Below, one piece after another: positions 31,723 to 40,050 of a stretch of DNA of 64,000 bases; position 1 is the stretch's first letter; each line of letters begins with the position of its first letter. The notes under the pieces are model-generated. The model saw nothing but the letters and a program-made list of their open reading frames with translations, was not told where the DNA came from and searched no databases. The translations under genes and the position numbers were made by a program. Origin of the DNA: Candidatus Dadabacteria bacterium UBA1144 (GTDB lineage: Bacteria > Desulfobacterota_D > UBA1144). The stretch is taken from assembly GCA_002311855.1 (NCBI GenBank), contig DCAB01000012.1, forward strand, positions 462,063-526,062. Direction: 5' to 3'.

Positions 31723-32557
31723 AAATTTTCAAATATAATGCTGCAGACTTTTTAACAAGTTCTCTGATTTCTAATATGTATCTTGCTCTTTCTGTAACGC
31801 TTATACTCCTTCTAGCATCTAACAAATTAAATAAATGAGAACATTTTAAGCAATAGTCATAAGCGGGAAGAGGCAAATCATTTGTTAAAAGATTCTCGCA
31901 TTCTTTTTTTGATCCATCAAAAAACGTTTTTAGCATATCTATATTTGCAAGTTCAAAATTGTATTTAGAAAATTCGTACTCAGTCCTGAAATGAATATCA
32001 CCATATTTAATTTCTTTTGACCAATTTAAATCATACACGCTCTGAACTTTTTGGAGATACATAGCAATCCTTTCAGTTCCATATGTGATTTCTACCGTGA
32101 TAGGATTTAAATCAAAACCGCCAGCTTGTTGAAAATAAGTAAATTGAGTAATTTCCATTCCATCAAGCCATACTTCCCAGCCGAGGCCCCAGGCTCCAAG
32201 TGTTGGAGATTCCCAATCATCTTCTACGAATCTTGTATCGTGCTTTTTGGTGTCAATTCCTAATTTGTTTAAACTTTCTAGATAAAGGTCTTGAATATTA
32301 TCTACTGAGGGCTTTATTACTACTTGGAACTGGTAATAGTGCTGAAGTCTATTTGGGTTTTCTCCATATCTTCCATCTGTCGGTCTTCTGCAGGGCTCAA
32401 CGTATGCAGCCGACCAAGGAGTTTTGCCTAAACATCTTAAAAATGTTCCAGGATGAAAGGTCCCAGCCCCTTTTTCAACATCGTAAGGTTGAAGAATTAC
32501 GCAGCCTTTTTCTGCCCAGAATTCTTGTAATTTGAAAATTAGATTTTGAAAATACAT
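31709..32557 (-). CDS. glyQ: Glycine--tRNA ligase alpha subunit
   Basis: 282 aa. [43 protein letters not shown] and [23 protein letters not shown] are highly conserved GlyQ blocks. Confidence 0.95.
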   Translation of the reverse strand: MYFQNLIFKLQEFWAEKGCVILQPYDVEKGAGTFHPGTFLRCLGKTPWSAAYVEPCRRPTDGRYGENPNRLQHYYQFQVVIKPSVDNIQDLYLESLNKLGIDTKKHDTRFVEDDWESPTLGAWGLGWEVWLDGMEITQFTYFQQAGGFDLNPITVEITYGTERIAMYLQKVQSVYDLNWSKEIKYGDIHFRTEYEFSKYNFELANIDMLKTFFDGSKKECENLLTNDLPLPAYDYCLKCSHLFNLLDARRSISVTERARYILEIRELVKKSAALYLKIYEKE

Positions 32558-32606
32558 AAAAAAATGATGATAACATCAAACTAAATCTAATTCTATTTGA
32601 TTTATT

Positions 32607-33917
32607 TCAGTATATTTCACCGATTAGCGAGTTCTGGAAAGCTTCCTTTATTTTTACGTTAACCATTTTTCCAACAAAGCTTCTATCAAGATTTCTTATA
32701 TTCACAACTTTGTTATGGGTAGTTCTTCCAAACAAATCATCGGAATTATTTTTGCTAACCCCTTCGACCAAGACCTCGTAGGCTTTGCTAATGTGTTGAA
32801 TATTGTTCTCTAGAGAAATTTCTTTTTGTTTCTTTTGAAGCTTATAGAGCCTATCTGATGCAATTTCATCTGAGACATGTACGTCCATTTTTTCTCCGAG
32901 GGTTCCAGGTCTAATGGAATACTTAAATGAATAAACTGTATCAAATCTGATATCTTCTATAAGTTTCATAGTTTCTTGAAAATCTTCATCTGTCTCGTTG
33001 GAGAAACCGATGATAATGTCTGTTGACAGACTCAAATCTGGCATTGCTTCTCTGAGTTTTCTTATGCTTTCTCTGTACCAATCGATTGTATAAGTTCTAT
33101 TCATCGATTTAAGAACTTTGTTTGATCCTGATTGGACCGGAAGATGTAATTGTCTACAAATCTTCGGATTGTTTTTCATTGAATCAATCATCTTCGAGGT
33201 AACATCCCTAGGAAAAGAGGTAGTAAATCTAATTCTTTCTAGCCCACCAAGTTTACCAAGATAATCAAGTAGATTATGAAATCTTTCTCCATTATGTTTC
33301 CAAGAATTAACAGTTTGACCAATGTATGTAAGTTCTTTTGCCCCTTGATTAATGAGAAGTTTAGATTCTTCGAGTATATCCTCTAGAGATCTATTGATTT
33401 CTTTACCTCTGACAGTAGGAACAATACAGTATGCACATTCTTTATTGCAACCTTGTTGTATGGAAACAAAACCATTTACTTTATCTTTTTTATGGTAGGG
33501 ATGTATTTCGAATACTTCTTGGACATCCATCGATGTTTCAATCTTCTTAACATCTAATGAATCTTTTAAATCCTTAACTATATTCATTAATTTCGGTATG
33601 CTCCTAGGCCCAACAACAAAATCAAGATACGGAATCTGTTTGATTAATTTTTTGCCATAGAGTTGTGCGACGCATCCAGTCATACCTATTAGAAGATTTG
33701 GATTAGATTTCTTAAGATTTTTGTATCTACCAAGCGCACTTGTAGCCTTATGGTCAGCTTTTTCTCTTATTGCACAAGTGTTAACTATTATTACGTCAGC
33801 ATCGGAAGGATTATTAACTGGAATTCCGGATAATGAATTCAGAATTCTATCTGAATCATATTCGTTCATTTGACAACCGTATGTCTCAATAAAAACGGAT
33901 AATTTTTTCACTCTCAA
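32607..33917 (-). CDS. miaB: tRNA-i6A37 methylthiotransferase MiaB
   Basis: 436 aa. N-terminal ETYGCQMN, VNTCAIRE, radical-SAM CNKECAYCIVP and a C-terminal TRAM domain. Confidence 0.9.
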   Translation of the reverse strand: MRVKKLSVFIETYGCQMNEYDSDRILNSLSGIPVNNPSDADVIIVNTCAIREKADHKATSALGRYKNLKKSNPNLLIGMTGCVAQLYGKKLIKQIPYLDFVVGPRSIPKLMNIVKDLKDSLDVKKIETSMDVQEVFEIHPYHKKDKVNGFVSIQQGCNKECAYCIVPTVRGKEINRSLEDILEESKLLINQGAKELTYIGQTVNSWKHNGERFHNLLDYLGKLGGLERIRFTTSFPRDVTSKMIDSMKNNPKICRQLHLPVQSGSNKVLKSMNRTYTIDWYRESIRKLREAMPDLSLSTDIIIGFSNETDEDFQETMKLIEDIRFDTVYSFKYSIRPGTLGEKMDVHVSDEIASDRLYKLQKKQKEISLENNIQHISKAYEVLVEGVSKNNSDDLFGRTTHNKVVNIRNLDRSFVGKMVNVKIKEAFQNSLIGEIY

Positions 33918-33984
33918 ATTTTAACAACCTTTCTCCCTTATGCAATAGTTTAAAAAAGTCTAGCTTGACTAACAAATTTCAATT

Positions 33985-35340
33985 TTGTACCATTTTTTGA
34001 TGTTAGCTTGGACTAAAGATATCAACTCAAAACAGTGGAAAACCTTTGTTGCCGCTTTTCTTGGTTGGACTTTAGATGCCATGGATCTTCTTCTTTATGT
34101 CTTCGCATTTACATTTATTGCACAAACATTTGATTTAACAGGTCCACAAGCAGCTGTTTTATTTAGTATAACCCTAGCTTCTTCCGCGCTTGGTGGAATT
34201 GTTTTTGGAATTATATCCGATTATATTGGCAGGGTAAGAGCCCTAACTTATTCTATTTTGATTTATTCATTATTTACCATGTTCTCTGCTTTTTCTCCAA
34301 CAATTGAATTCTTTGTTGTTTGCAGATTTCTTTTAGGTTTAGGAATGGGCGGAGAATGGGCTTCTGGTGAAATATTAGTTGCTGAGAGTTGGCCAAAACA
34401 ACATAGAGGTAAAGTAGTTGGAATGGTTCAAAGTGGTTGGGGATTTGGTTTCATCCTTGCAGCTATCCTTGCAACTTTTGTTTTACCTATCGATTCATTT
34501 AATCTCAATATGTTGCCATTTGTTGACAAAGACTTTCCAGTTGAAAGTTGGAGATTCTTATTCTTCTTAGGGGTACTCCCCGCACTTCTAGTCTTTTATG
34601 TAAGAAGGGTTTGCGAAGAGCCTGAAATTTGGAAAAAGAGTTCTGAGCAGCGTAAAAAATCTACCCAAGAATTTACTTTATTCCAGATTTTTAAAGGTGA
34701 TCTCAGACCGATGTTACTTAAGGCAACTCTTCTTACAAGTTTCTGTATGATTTCATATTGGGGCCTTAGTTATTTTGTTCCAAACTATCTAGCTAGTCCT
34801 GTTGAACAAGGCGGTGCAGGTTTGGGATTAGTTAAAGGTTTTGGATTTACTATCCCGCTTAATATTGGAGCAATCCTTGGTTGTATATCCTTTGGTATGA
34901 TAAGCGATAAGTTTGGTCGGAAATTTACCTTTGGTGCATATTTAATAATAGTAGCATTGCTTGTTCCCATATTTGGTAACCTAGTTAAGGTTCAGGAATT
35001 TTTAGGGTTTCTTTCAATAGATGCTCTAGTTTTAATTCTTGCCCCTTTGCTTGGATTTTTCAACACAGGCTTCTATTCTGGCTTTGGGGCAATTTTTTCA
35101 GAAATTTTTCCTACAAGAGCTAGGGGAACTGCGCAAGGATTTAGTTACAATGTAGGCAGAGGTGCTTCTGCGATCGCGCCCCCTCTCTTTGCCTTTATCG
35201 CGATTAGTTCATTTGCTTTCTTGTTTAATGGAGAGATTATTGGACACGGCAGAGCGCTTATGACTGCTTCAATTTTTGCTCTACTTGCCTTTTTAGTACT
35301 TCTAACGCTCCCTGAAACCAAGGGAAAAGAGCTAGACTAG
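33985..35340 (+). CDS. MFS transporter (substrate unknown)
   Basis: 451 aa with about 12 hydrophobic helices. MFS loop motif SDYIGRVRAL and a second-half equivalent SDKFGRKF. The start is either the TTG at 33985 or the ATG at 34000. Confidence 0.8.
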   Translation: MYHFLMLAWTKDINSKQWKTFVAAFLGWTLDAMDLLLYVFAFTFIAQTFDLTGPQAAVLFSITLASSALGGIVFGIISDYIGRVRALTYSILIYSLFTMFSAFSPTIEFFVVCRFLLGLGMGGEWASGEILVAESWPKQHRGKVVGMVQSGWGFGFILAAILATFVLPIDSFNLNMLPFVDKDFPVESWRFLFFLGVLPALLVFYVRRVCEEPEIWKKSSEQRKKSTQEFTLFQIFKGDLRPMLLKATLLTSFCMISYWGLSYFVPNYLASPVEQGGAGLGLVKGFGFTIPLNIGAILGCISFGMISDKFGRKFTFGAYLIIVALLVPIFGNLVKVQEFLGFLSIDALVLILAPLLGFFNTGFYSGFGAIFSEIFPTRARGTAQGFSYNVGRGASAIAPPLFAFIAISSFAFLFNGEIIGHGRALMTASIFALLAFLVLLTLPETKGKELD

Positions 35341-35422
35341 CAGTATTTTATTTTATTTAAAGTTTTTGTACAATTTGGTATAGTATTTGCTACTATATAA
35401 GTAAATCTTTAAGGAGGAAATT

Positions 35423-36562
35423 ATGCGTAAAATTATATTTTTTGCATTTGCTTTTCTGTTTGTTTGTTCAAATTTTAATTCATTTGCAAAAGAAGGAGAA
35501 TCATCTCAAATACCGCTTACTTTTTCAGGCTATGTACATACAGCAACTACCTATAACTTAGGCGATAATGAAGATGAAAATAATAATTTTCATACATTCA
35601 GTGATGACGATTATACTTTAACCCCTTCTGCTCAATTAGGAATATCAAACGATTTTTTCATAATTGATGCTTTATTTGGTAGTATTGCTCAGGATATAAA
35701 TACGACTGATGGAGGGAGTGACGAATTCTTCTTACATCAAGCTTATGGTATTTTGCCAGTAGGGCCAGTTAGTATTATGGTTGGTCATTTTGATACTATG
35801 TTGGGAAATGAGGTAATCAATCCTGCTGACAACCCTAACATTACGAGAAGCTTTCTTTTTGGCTACTCAATAAACTTTCAAAATACTGGAATAAGAGCAG
35901 TATACGAACCTGAAATGGGAGTAGTCGATGAAATTTATCTAGGTTTTGGAAATGGCCAAGATAGTATTTATGATGAAGGTGAGAGCCAAGGCAAGACAAT
36001 TGAAGCTGCCGTAGGAAAATCTATAGGAGATGCTTCATTGTTTCTTGCTATGAATCTTGGTCCTGAAACCGCAGTTGATAGTTTAATTAGACGGACTTAT
36101 ACAGCTGTTTTTGGAATGCCTGTTACTAATTCAGTATCAATAACAGTAAATGGGGTTTATGCTCACGAGGAAGATGCTGGAGATACCAGATCAGATGGAA
36201 GCAAAGTAAATGGTGAATGGTATGGTGGTGCAGGTTATATAACATATGACCACTCTGATACTTTATCTGTTACTTTCAGGGCGGAATATTTCAAAGATGT
36301 TGGTGGATCACGCCTAGATTTTGATGGAGTCACCAGTAAAGGCACTTTTACTGAAGGTAGTGACGAAGCTATCCTGAAGAGCTTGACTGTAACCCCTCAA
36401 TTATTAGTAGGCGAATATGGTGTACTAAGAGCGGAGTTTAGACGTGATATGGCAAACCACGAGGTTTTTCAACGTGAACCATACCCTACTACTCCGAATA
36501 CCAACACCGCAAAGAATCAAACTCAAGATACTGTATCTTTGCAATATGTAGTTTCATTTTAA
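35423..36562 (+). CDS. Outer-membrane beta-barrel porin-like protein
   Basis: 379 aa. Signal peptide MRKIIFFAFAFLFVCSNFNSFA, alternating-hydrophobic beta-strand pattern, and a C-terminal YVVSF ending in Phe. Strong AAGGAGG RBS. Confidence 0.65.
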   Translation: MRKIIFFAFAFLFVCSNFNSFAKEGESSQIPLTFSGYVHTATTYNLGDNEDENNNFHTFSDDDYTLTPSAQLGISNDFFIIDALFGSIAQDINTTDGGSDEFFLHQAYGILPVGPVSIMVGHFDTMLGNEVINPADNPNITRSFLFGYSINFQNTGIRAVYEPEMGVVDEIYLGFGNGQDSIYDEGESQGKTIEAAVGKSIGDASLFLAMNLGPETAVDSLIRRTYTAVFGMPVTNSVSITVNGVYAHEEDAGDTRSDGSKVNGEWYGGAGYITYDHSDTLSVTFRAEYFKDVGGSRLDFDGVTSKGTFTEGSDEAILKSLTVTPQLLVGEYGVLRAEFRRDMANHEVFQREPYPTTPNTNTAKNQTQDTVSLQYVVSF

Positions 36563-36576
36563 GACAAAATCTTCAA

Positions 36577-36601
36577 CTAGAGCTCCTTGCAGGAGCTCTA
36601 G
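36577..36601 (+). terminator. Stem-loop terminator candidate after the porin gene
   Basis: CTAGAGCTCCT (36577-36587) and AGGAGCTCTAG (36591-36601) form an 11-bp perfect stem with a 3-nt loop, followed by the T-containing TGTCTATTGATT. Confidence 0.55.
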
Positions 36602-36652
36602 TGTCTATTGATTAACAAATTATTTTATATAAACTTTAAAAATTATTTACTA

Positions 36653-36725
<73 letters not shown>

Positions 36726-36776
36726 ACAACTGGTCTTAGATTGAAAATCAACTAAAAAAGAGTATCATATTACCCT

Positions 36777-37214
36777 ATGTTAAGTAATTTAAATGTTTTT
36801 GGATCTTTTTTAAAAAGGATTCGAAAGAAAGAAAAGGTTACACAGGAAAAATTGGCTTCCTATTTGAATGTCTCCACTGTTTATGTTCATCAACTTGAGA
36901 CAGCAAAAGTTGATGCACCCAATAAAGAAAAGTGTTTAATAATCGCAGAAGCTCTGGGAGCTGATCCTGATTTGGTGTGGAACACCGCTAAGGAACAAAA
37001 ACTGCTTAGATTTCTTAATAAAGAAAATATTACAAATAATTTAGAAGAACCCATTACTGCTTCAGAAAAATTACTCTTAGATTTGTTTAGAAATTTATCT
37101 GATGATGTTAGGAAAGATTTTGTTGGTATGATTTATATGCTCCTTAAATCGGATAAAAGAATATCTGATGAAAAAATTCTTAAGTCTATTGAAAAACTTT
37201 CTCAAACTGCGTGA
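36777..37214 (+). CDS. XRE-family helix-turn-helix transcriptional regulator with a C-terminal helical extension
   Basis: 145 aa. The N-terminal FLKRIRKKEKVTQEKLASYLNVSTVYVHQLE is a classic Cro/C1 HTH. The C-terminal ~75 aa has no motif I recognise. Confidence 0.7.
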   Translation: MLSNLNVFGSFLKRIRKKEKVTQEKLASYLNVSTVYVHQLETAKVDAPNKEKCLIIAEALGADPDLVWNTAKEQKLLRFLNKENITNNLEEPITASEKLLLDLFRNLSDDVRKDFVGMIYMLLKSDKRISDEKILKSIEKLSQTA

Positions 37215-37960
37215 TGTATTTTTTAAAGAGATTTGCCGTAATTACTTCTATACAATTACTTATTCTGTCATTTATTTTTATTTTATTTATCTTCAATTTT
37301 AATCAACGTCGGGAGATTAACAAAATACAGTCAAAAGAACTTGCTTCAATAGTTGCGGAACAAGCCTCTAATTATTTCCAAAAGAACAAAATTAATTATT
37401 CATCCAATGACTTTTTTAATTATCTGGATTCTCAAATAGGAATTCAAAAATTAACTACTGCTTTCAACCTGAATTCACCCGAAATATTAACAATATACTT
37501 TAGATCTGATATCGAGAAAGGTATCGTTGATGCAGGCGTTGATTCTAATTTCAATAAAGACGATACTTCACCTGCCAATAAATCCATAAAATATTTTTTT
37601 AACAATAAATATGTTGCTATCAAACCTTTCTTTCTTGATGGAGCTAAAAAACCACATGGCGTAGTCAGGATTGAGACCAACACAATACCTATATTGACCA
37701 ATGTCCTTGCAAACAATGGGATTTTTTATCTTTTTCTGTTTTTAATTCTTAATAATCAAGCATTTTTATTTTATTTATGGGTCAGAAAGAAAAAGGATGT
37801 TGTTCTTGATCAGGGATACCTAAAGGATAGCTCATTGGGGGCTATAAAAATTATGCATAAACTACTTGGTGATATTATTGATGATCACAAAGAATCAAAG
37901 GATGCTGAGTTAATTAATGATATTGCAACAAATATTGTTAATTTAGATGATAAAAAATGA
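37211..37960 (+). CDS. Hypothetical 2-TM membrane protein with a ~135-aa extracytoplasmic loop domain
   Basis: 249 aa. TM1 is AVITSIQLLILSFIFILFIF and TM2 is IFYLFLFLILNNQAFLFYLWV, followed by a short acidic cytoplasmic tail. Start (GTG 37211 / ATG 37214) overlaps the upstream stop. Confidence 0.5.
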   Translation: MMYFLKRFAVITSIQLLILSFIFILFIFNFNQRREINKIQSKELASIVAEQASNYFQKNKINYSSNDFFNYLDSQIGIQKLTTAFNLNSPEILTIYFRSDIEKGIVDAGVDSNFNKDDTSPANKSIKYFFNNKYVAIKPFFLDGAKKPHGVVRIETNTIPILTNVLANNGIFYLFLFLILNNQAFLFYLWVRKKKDVVLDQGYLKDSSLGAIKIMHKLLGDIIDDHKESKDAELINDIATNIVNLDDKK

Positions 37961-38310
37961 AGTTTTTTACTATTCTACTGGCCAACTTACTTTTGTTGAT
38001 TTCCTGTGATGCTTTGATTCCTGATCAAAGAATAAGTTTGCTTGGACCCGTTCTTGAAACTGTTAATCGAGATGGCAACTTGGAATATATTGGTAGAGTA
38101 ATTAACAATTCAGAAGAGAAAGTTGAAAATATATCTCTAAGATACATCGTGAAAGACAAAGAAGACAATGTCGTTGAGGCGGTTACTCTTCCTGTCTCAG
38201 GTTTGGATGGAAATTTTGTTAACAAGGGAGAGATTGTTTTATTCCAATTTTCAATTAGATCAAATCCAAAAAGTATTTTCAACAAAGAATTCAGTTTACA
38301 TTATGAGTAA
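37957..38310 (+). CDS. Hypothetical small lipoprotein
   Basis: 117 aa. Signal peptide plus lipobox MKFFTILLANLLLLISC. ATGA start/stop overlap with the upstream gene. Confidence 0.5.
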   Translation: MKFFTILLANLLLLISCDALIPDQRISLLGPVLETVNRDGNLEYIGRVINNSEEKVENISLRYIVKDKEDNVVEAVTLPVSGLDGNFVNKGEIVLFQFSIRSNPKSIFNKEFSLHYE

Positions 38311-38351
38311 CAAATGAAAATTGAATATTCATATTTTTAGTGGAGTATAAA

Positions 38352-38756
38352 ATGTCTGGTAAAAGAAGAACAAGGATTTTAATTGCCAAAGCCGGTCTAG
38401 ATGGTCACGATAGAGGAGCAAAGATAATTACAAGAGCATTAAGAGATGCTGGATTTGAAGTTATATATACAGGTCTTCATCAAACTCCCGAAATGATTTC
38501 TGAATCTGCTCTTCAAGAAGATGTTGATGCTATTGGAATAAGCTTGCTATCTGGTGCGCACAATTTTCTGTTTCCGAAGATTATTAAAACCTTGAAAGAA
38601 AATGGGCTCGATGATTTGGTAGTTTTTGGTGGCGGAATCATACCTGATGAAGATATTAGGGGCCTTAAGGACTGTGGAGTCAAAGAAATCTTTGGTCCGG
38701 GAACATCTACAACTGAAATGATTGAGTGGATTAACTCTAATGTTAAACCAAAATAA
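38352..38756 (+). CDS. Methylmalonyl-CoA mutase small (B12-binding) subunit, stand-alone
   Basis: ORF 38340..38756 trimmed to the ATG at 38352, after [36 protein letters not shown] carries the DxHxxG cobalamin-ligand motif. GGGIIP lies later in the sequence. Confidence 0.85.
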   Translation: MSGKRRTRILIAKAGLDGHDRGAKIITRALRDAGFEVIYTGLHQTPEMISESALQEDVDAIGISLLSGAHNFLFPKIIKTLKENGLDDLVVFGGGIIPDEDIRGLKDCGVKEIFGPGTSTTEMIEWINSNVKPK

Positions 38757-38761
38757 GTATT

Positions 38762-38941
38762 CTAGCCCCTCTTGGATAAATGTGTTATAAAACCAATAAA
38801 TAAAGCAAACAATATGATGCCACCAATTACTTTTATATACATACTCAAATCAGTATGTGAAGCTTTGGAAATGGCTAAACCAAATAAACTGAAAAGAATT
38901 AAACAAACAAAAGCCGAACCCAAATAATCTCTTCTTAGCAT
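38762..38941 (-). CDS. Possible 59-aa small membrane protein (below the ORF-track cutoff)
   Basis: Hand translation: MLRRDYLGSAFVCLILFSLFGLAISKASHTDLSMYIKVIGGIILFALFIGFITHLSKRG*, with two hydrophobic helices. It fills an otherwise empty 233-nt gap. No clear RBS. Confidence 0.3.
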   Translation of the reverse strand: MLRRDYLGSAFVCLILFSLFGLAISKASHTDLSMYIKVIGGIILFALFIGFITHLSKRG

Positions 38942-38989
38942 TACTTCCTATTCCTTATTCCTCAGAATTAAAATATAATATATTCTACA

Positions 38990-39997
38990 ATGAAATCAAA
39001 GGGAACTGTGACGGTTTTTGGTGCAGGAAGTTGGGGAACAGCAATTGCAAAAGTTTTAGCTGAGAATTCTTTCGATGTGCTCCTCTGGGGTAGGGAATCA
39101 AATGTTGTAAACTCAATCGAACGATTTAGAGAAAACAAGCTCTTTCTTCCTGGAATTAAATTGCCACGTTCAATTCATCCTAGAAATGATTTAGATGATG
39201 ATTGTTTCAATGTAAAATTTTTGATTTTTTCTGTTCCAACTCAGTACATCAGAACTTTTTTAAAAACAATCAAGACTAAAATAAAAAAAGATTCCATATT
39301 GATTAATGCATCTAAAGGTATTGAACAAAAATCTATGAGTTCTATCTATGAAATTTTTAACGATGTAATACCAAACGTAAAAAGTAGATATTTAACGATT
39401 TCAGGTCCCAGTTTTGCTCAAGATGTTGCAAGAAGATTACCAACAGCAGTTTCTATTGCTTCCTTTAATAGTTCGGTTTTATCAAAAACCAAATCTTTAT
39501 TTGATAATGATTATTTCAGGACTTATACAAGCAATGATGTTATTGGTGTGGAGATTGGGGGGTCAGTCAAAAATGTGATTGCCATTGGAGCAGGAATCAT
39601 AGATGGGGTTGGTCATAGTGAAAGCACTAAGGCTGCATTTATAACAAGAGGTCTATACGAAACTAGGATATTGGCTGAACGTTTAGGTGCTAAGAGAAGT
39701 ACGTTTCTCGGCCTTTCGGGTGTTGGAGATTTAATGCTAACTGCATATGGTAATCAAAGCAGAAATAGAAATTTAGGTTTTATGCTTGGCAAAGGCTCAA
39801 AATTAAAGAAGATTCTATCTTCAACTCAAATGGTGGCAGAAGGATATTTTACTAGTAAAGCGATACATAAAGTGATAAAAAAATCCAAAGTCTCTTCCCC
39901 CATATTGGAATCAATATATGGAATACTCTATAGAAACCAAGACCCCAAAAATCTTATAACTAATTTGTTAAAAAAAGATGTAATTACAGATATTTAG
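38990..39997 (+). CDS. gpsA: NAD(P)H-dependent glycerol-3-phosphate dehydrogenase
   Basis: 335 aa with VFGAGSWGTAIA, SKGIE, GPSFAQDVA, GSVKNVIAIGAG and TFLGLSGVGDL. Confidence 0.9.
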   Translation: MKSKGTVTVFGAGSWGTAIAKVLAENSFDVLLWGRESNVVNSIERFRENKLFLPGIKLPRSIHPRNDLDDDCFNVKFLIFSVPTQYIRTFLKTIKTKIKKDSILINASKGIEQKSMSSIYEIFNDVIPNVKSRYLTISGPSFAQDVARRLPTAVSIASFNSSVLSKTKSLFDNDYFRTYTSNDVIGVEIGGSVKNVIAIGAGIIDGVGHSESTKAAFITRGLYETRILAERLGAKRSTFLGLSGVGDLMLTAYGNQSRNRNLGFMLGKGSKLKKILSSTQMVAEGYFTSKAIHKVIKKSKVSSPILESIYGILYRNQDPKNLITNLLKKDVITDI

Positions 39998-40050
39998 ACT
40001 TCATTTTTCACAATTAAAATGTATAATTATCCTACTATTCAATCAGGAGA

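Noticed and set aside
32558-32606. T-box or other leader upstream of glyQS
   Set aside because: Only 49 nt separate glyQ from miaB on the same strand. That is far too short for a T-box riboswitch (~200 nt or more).
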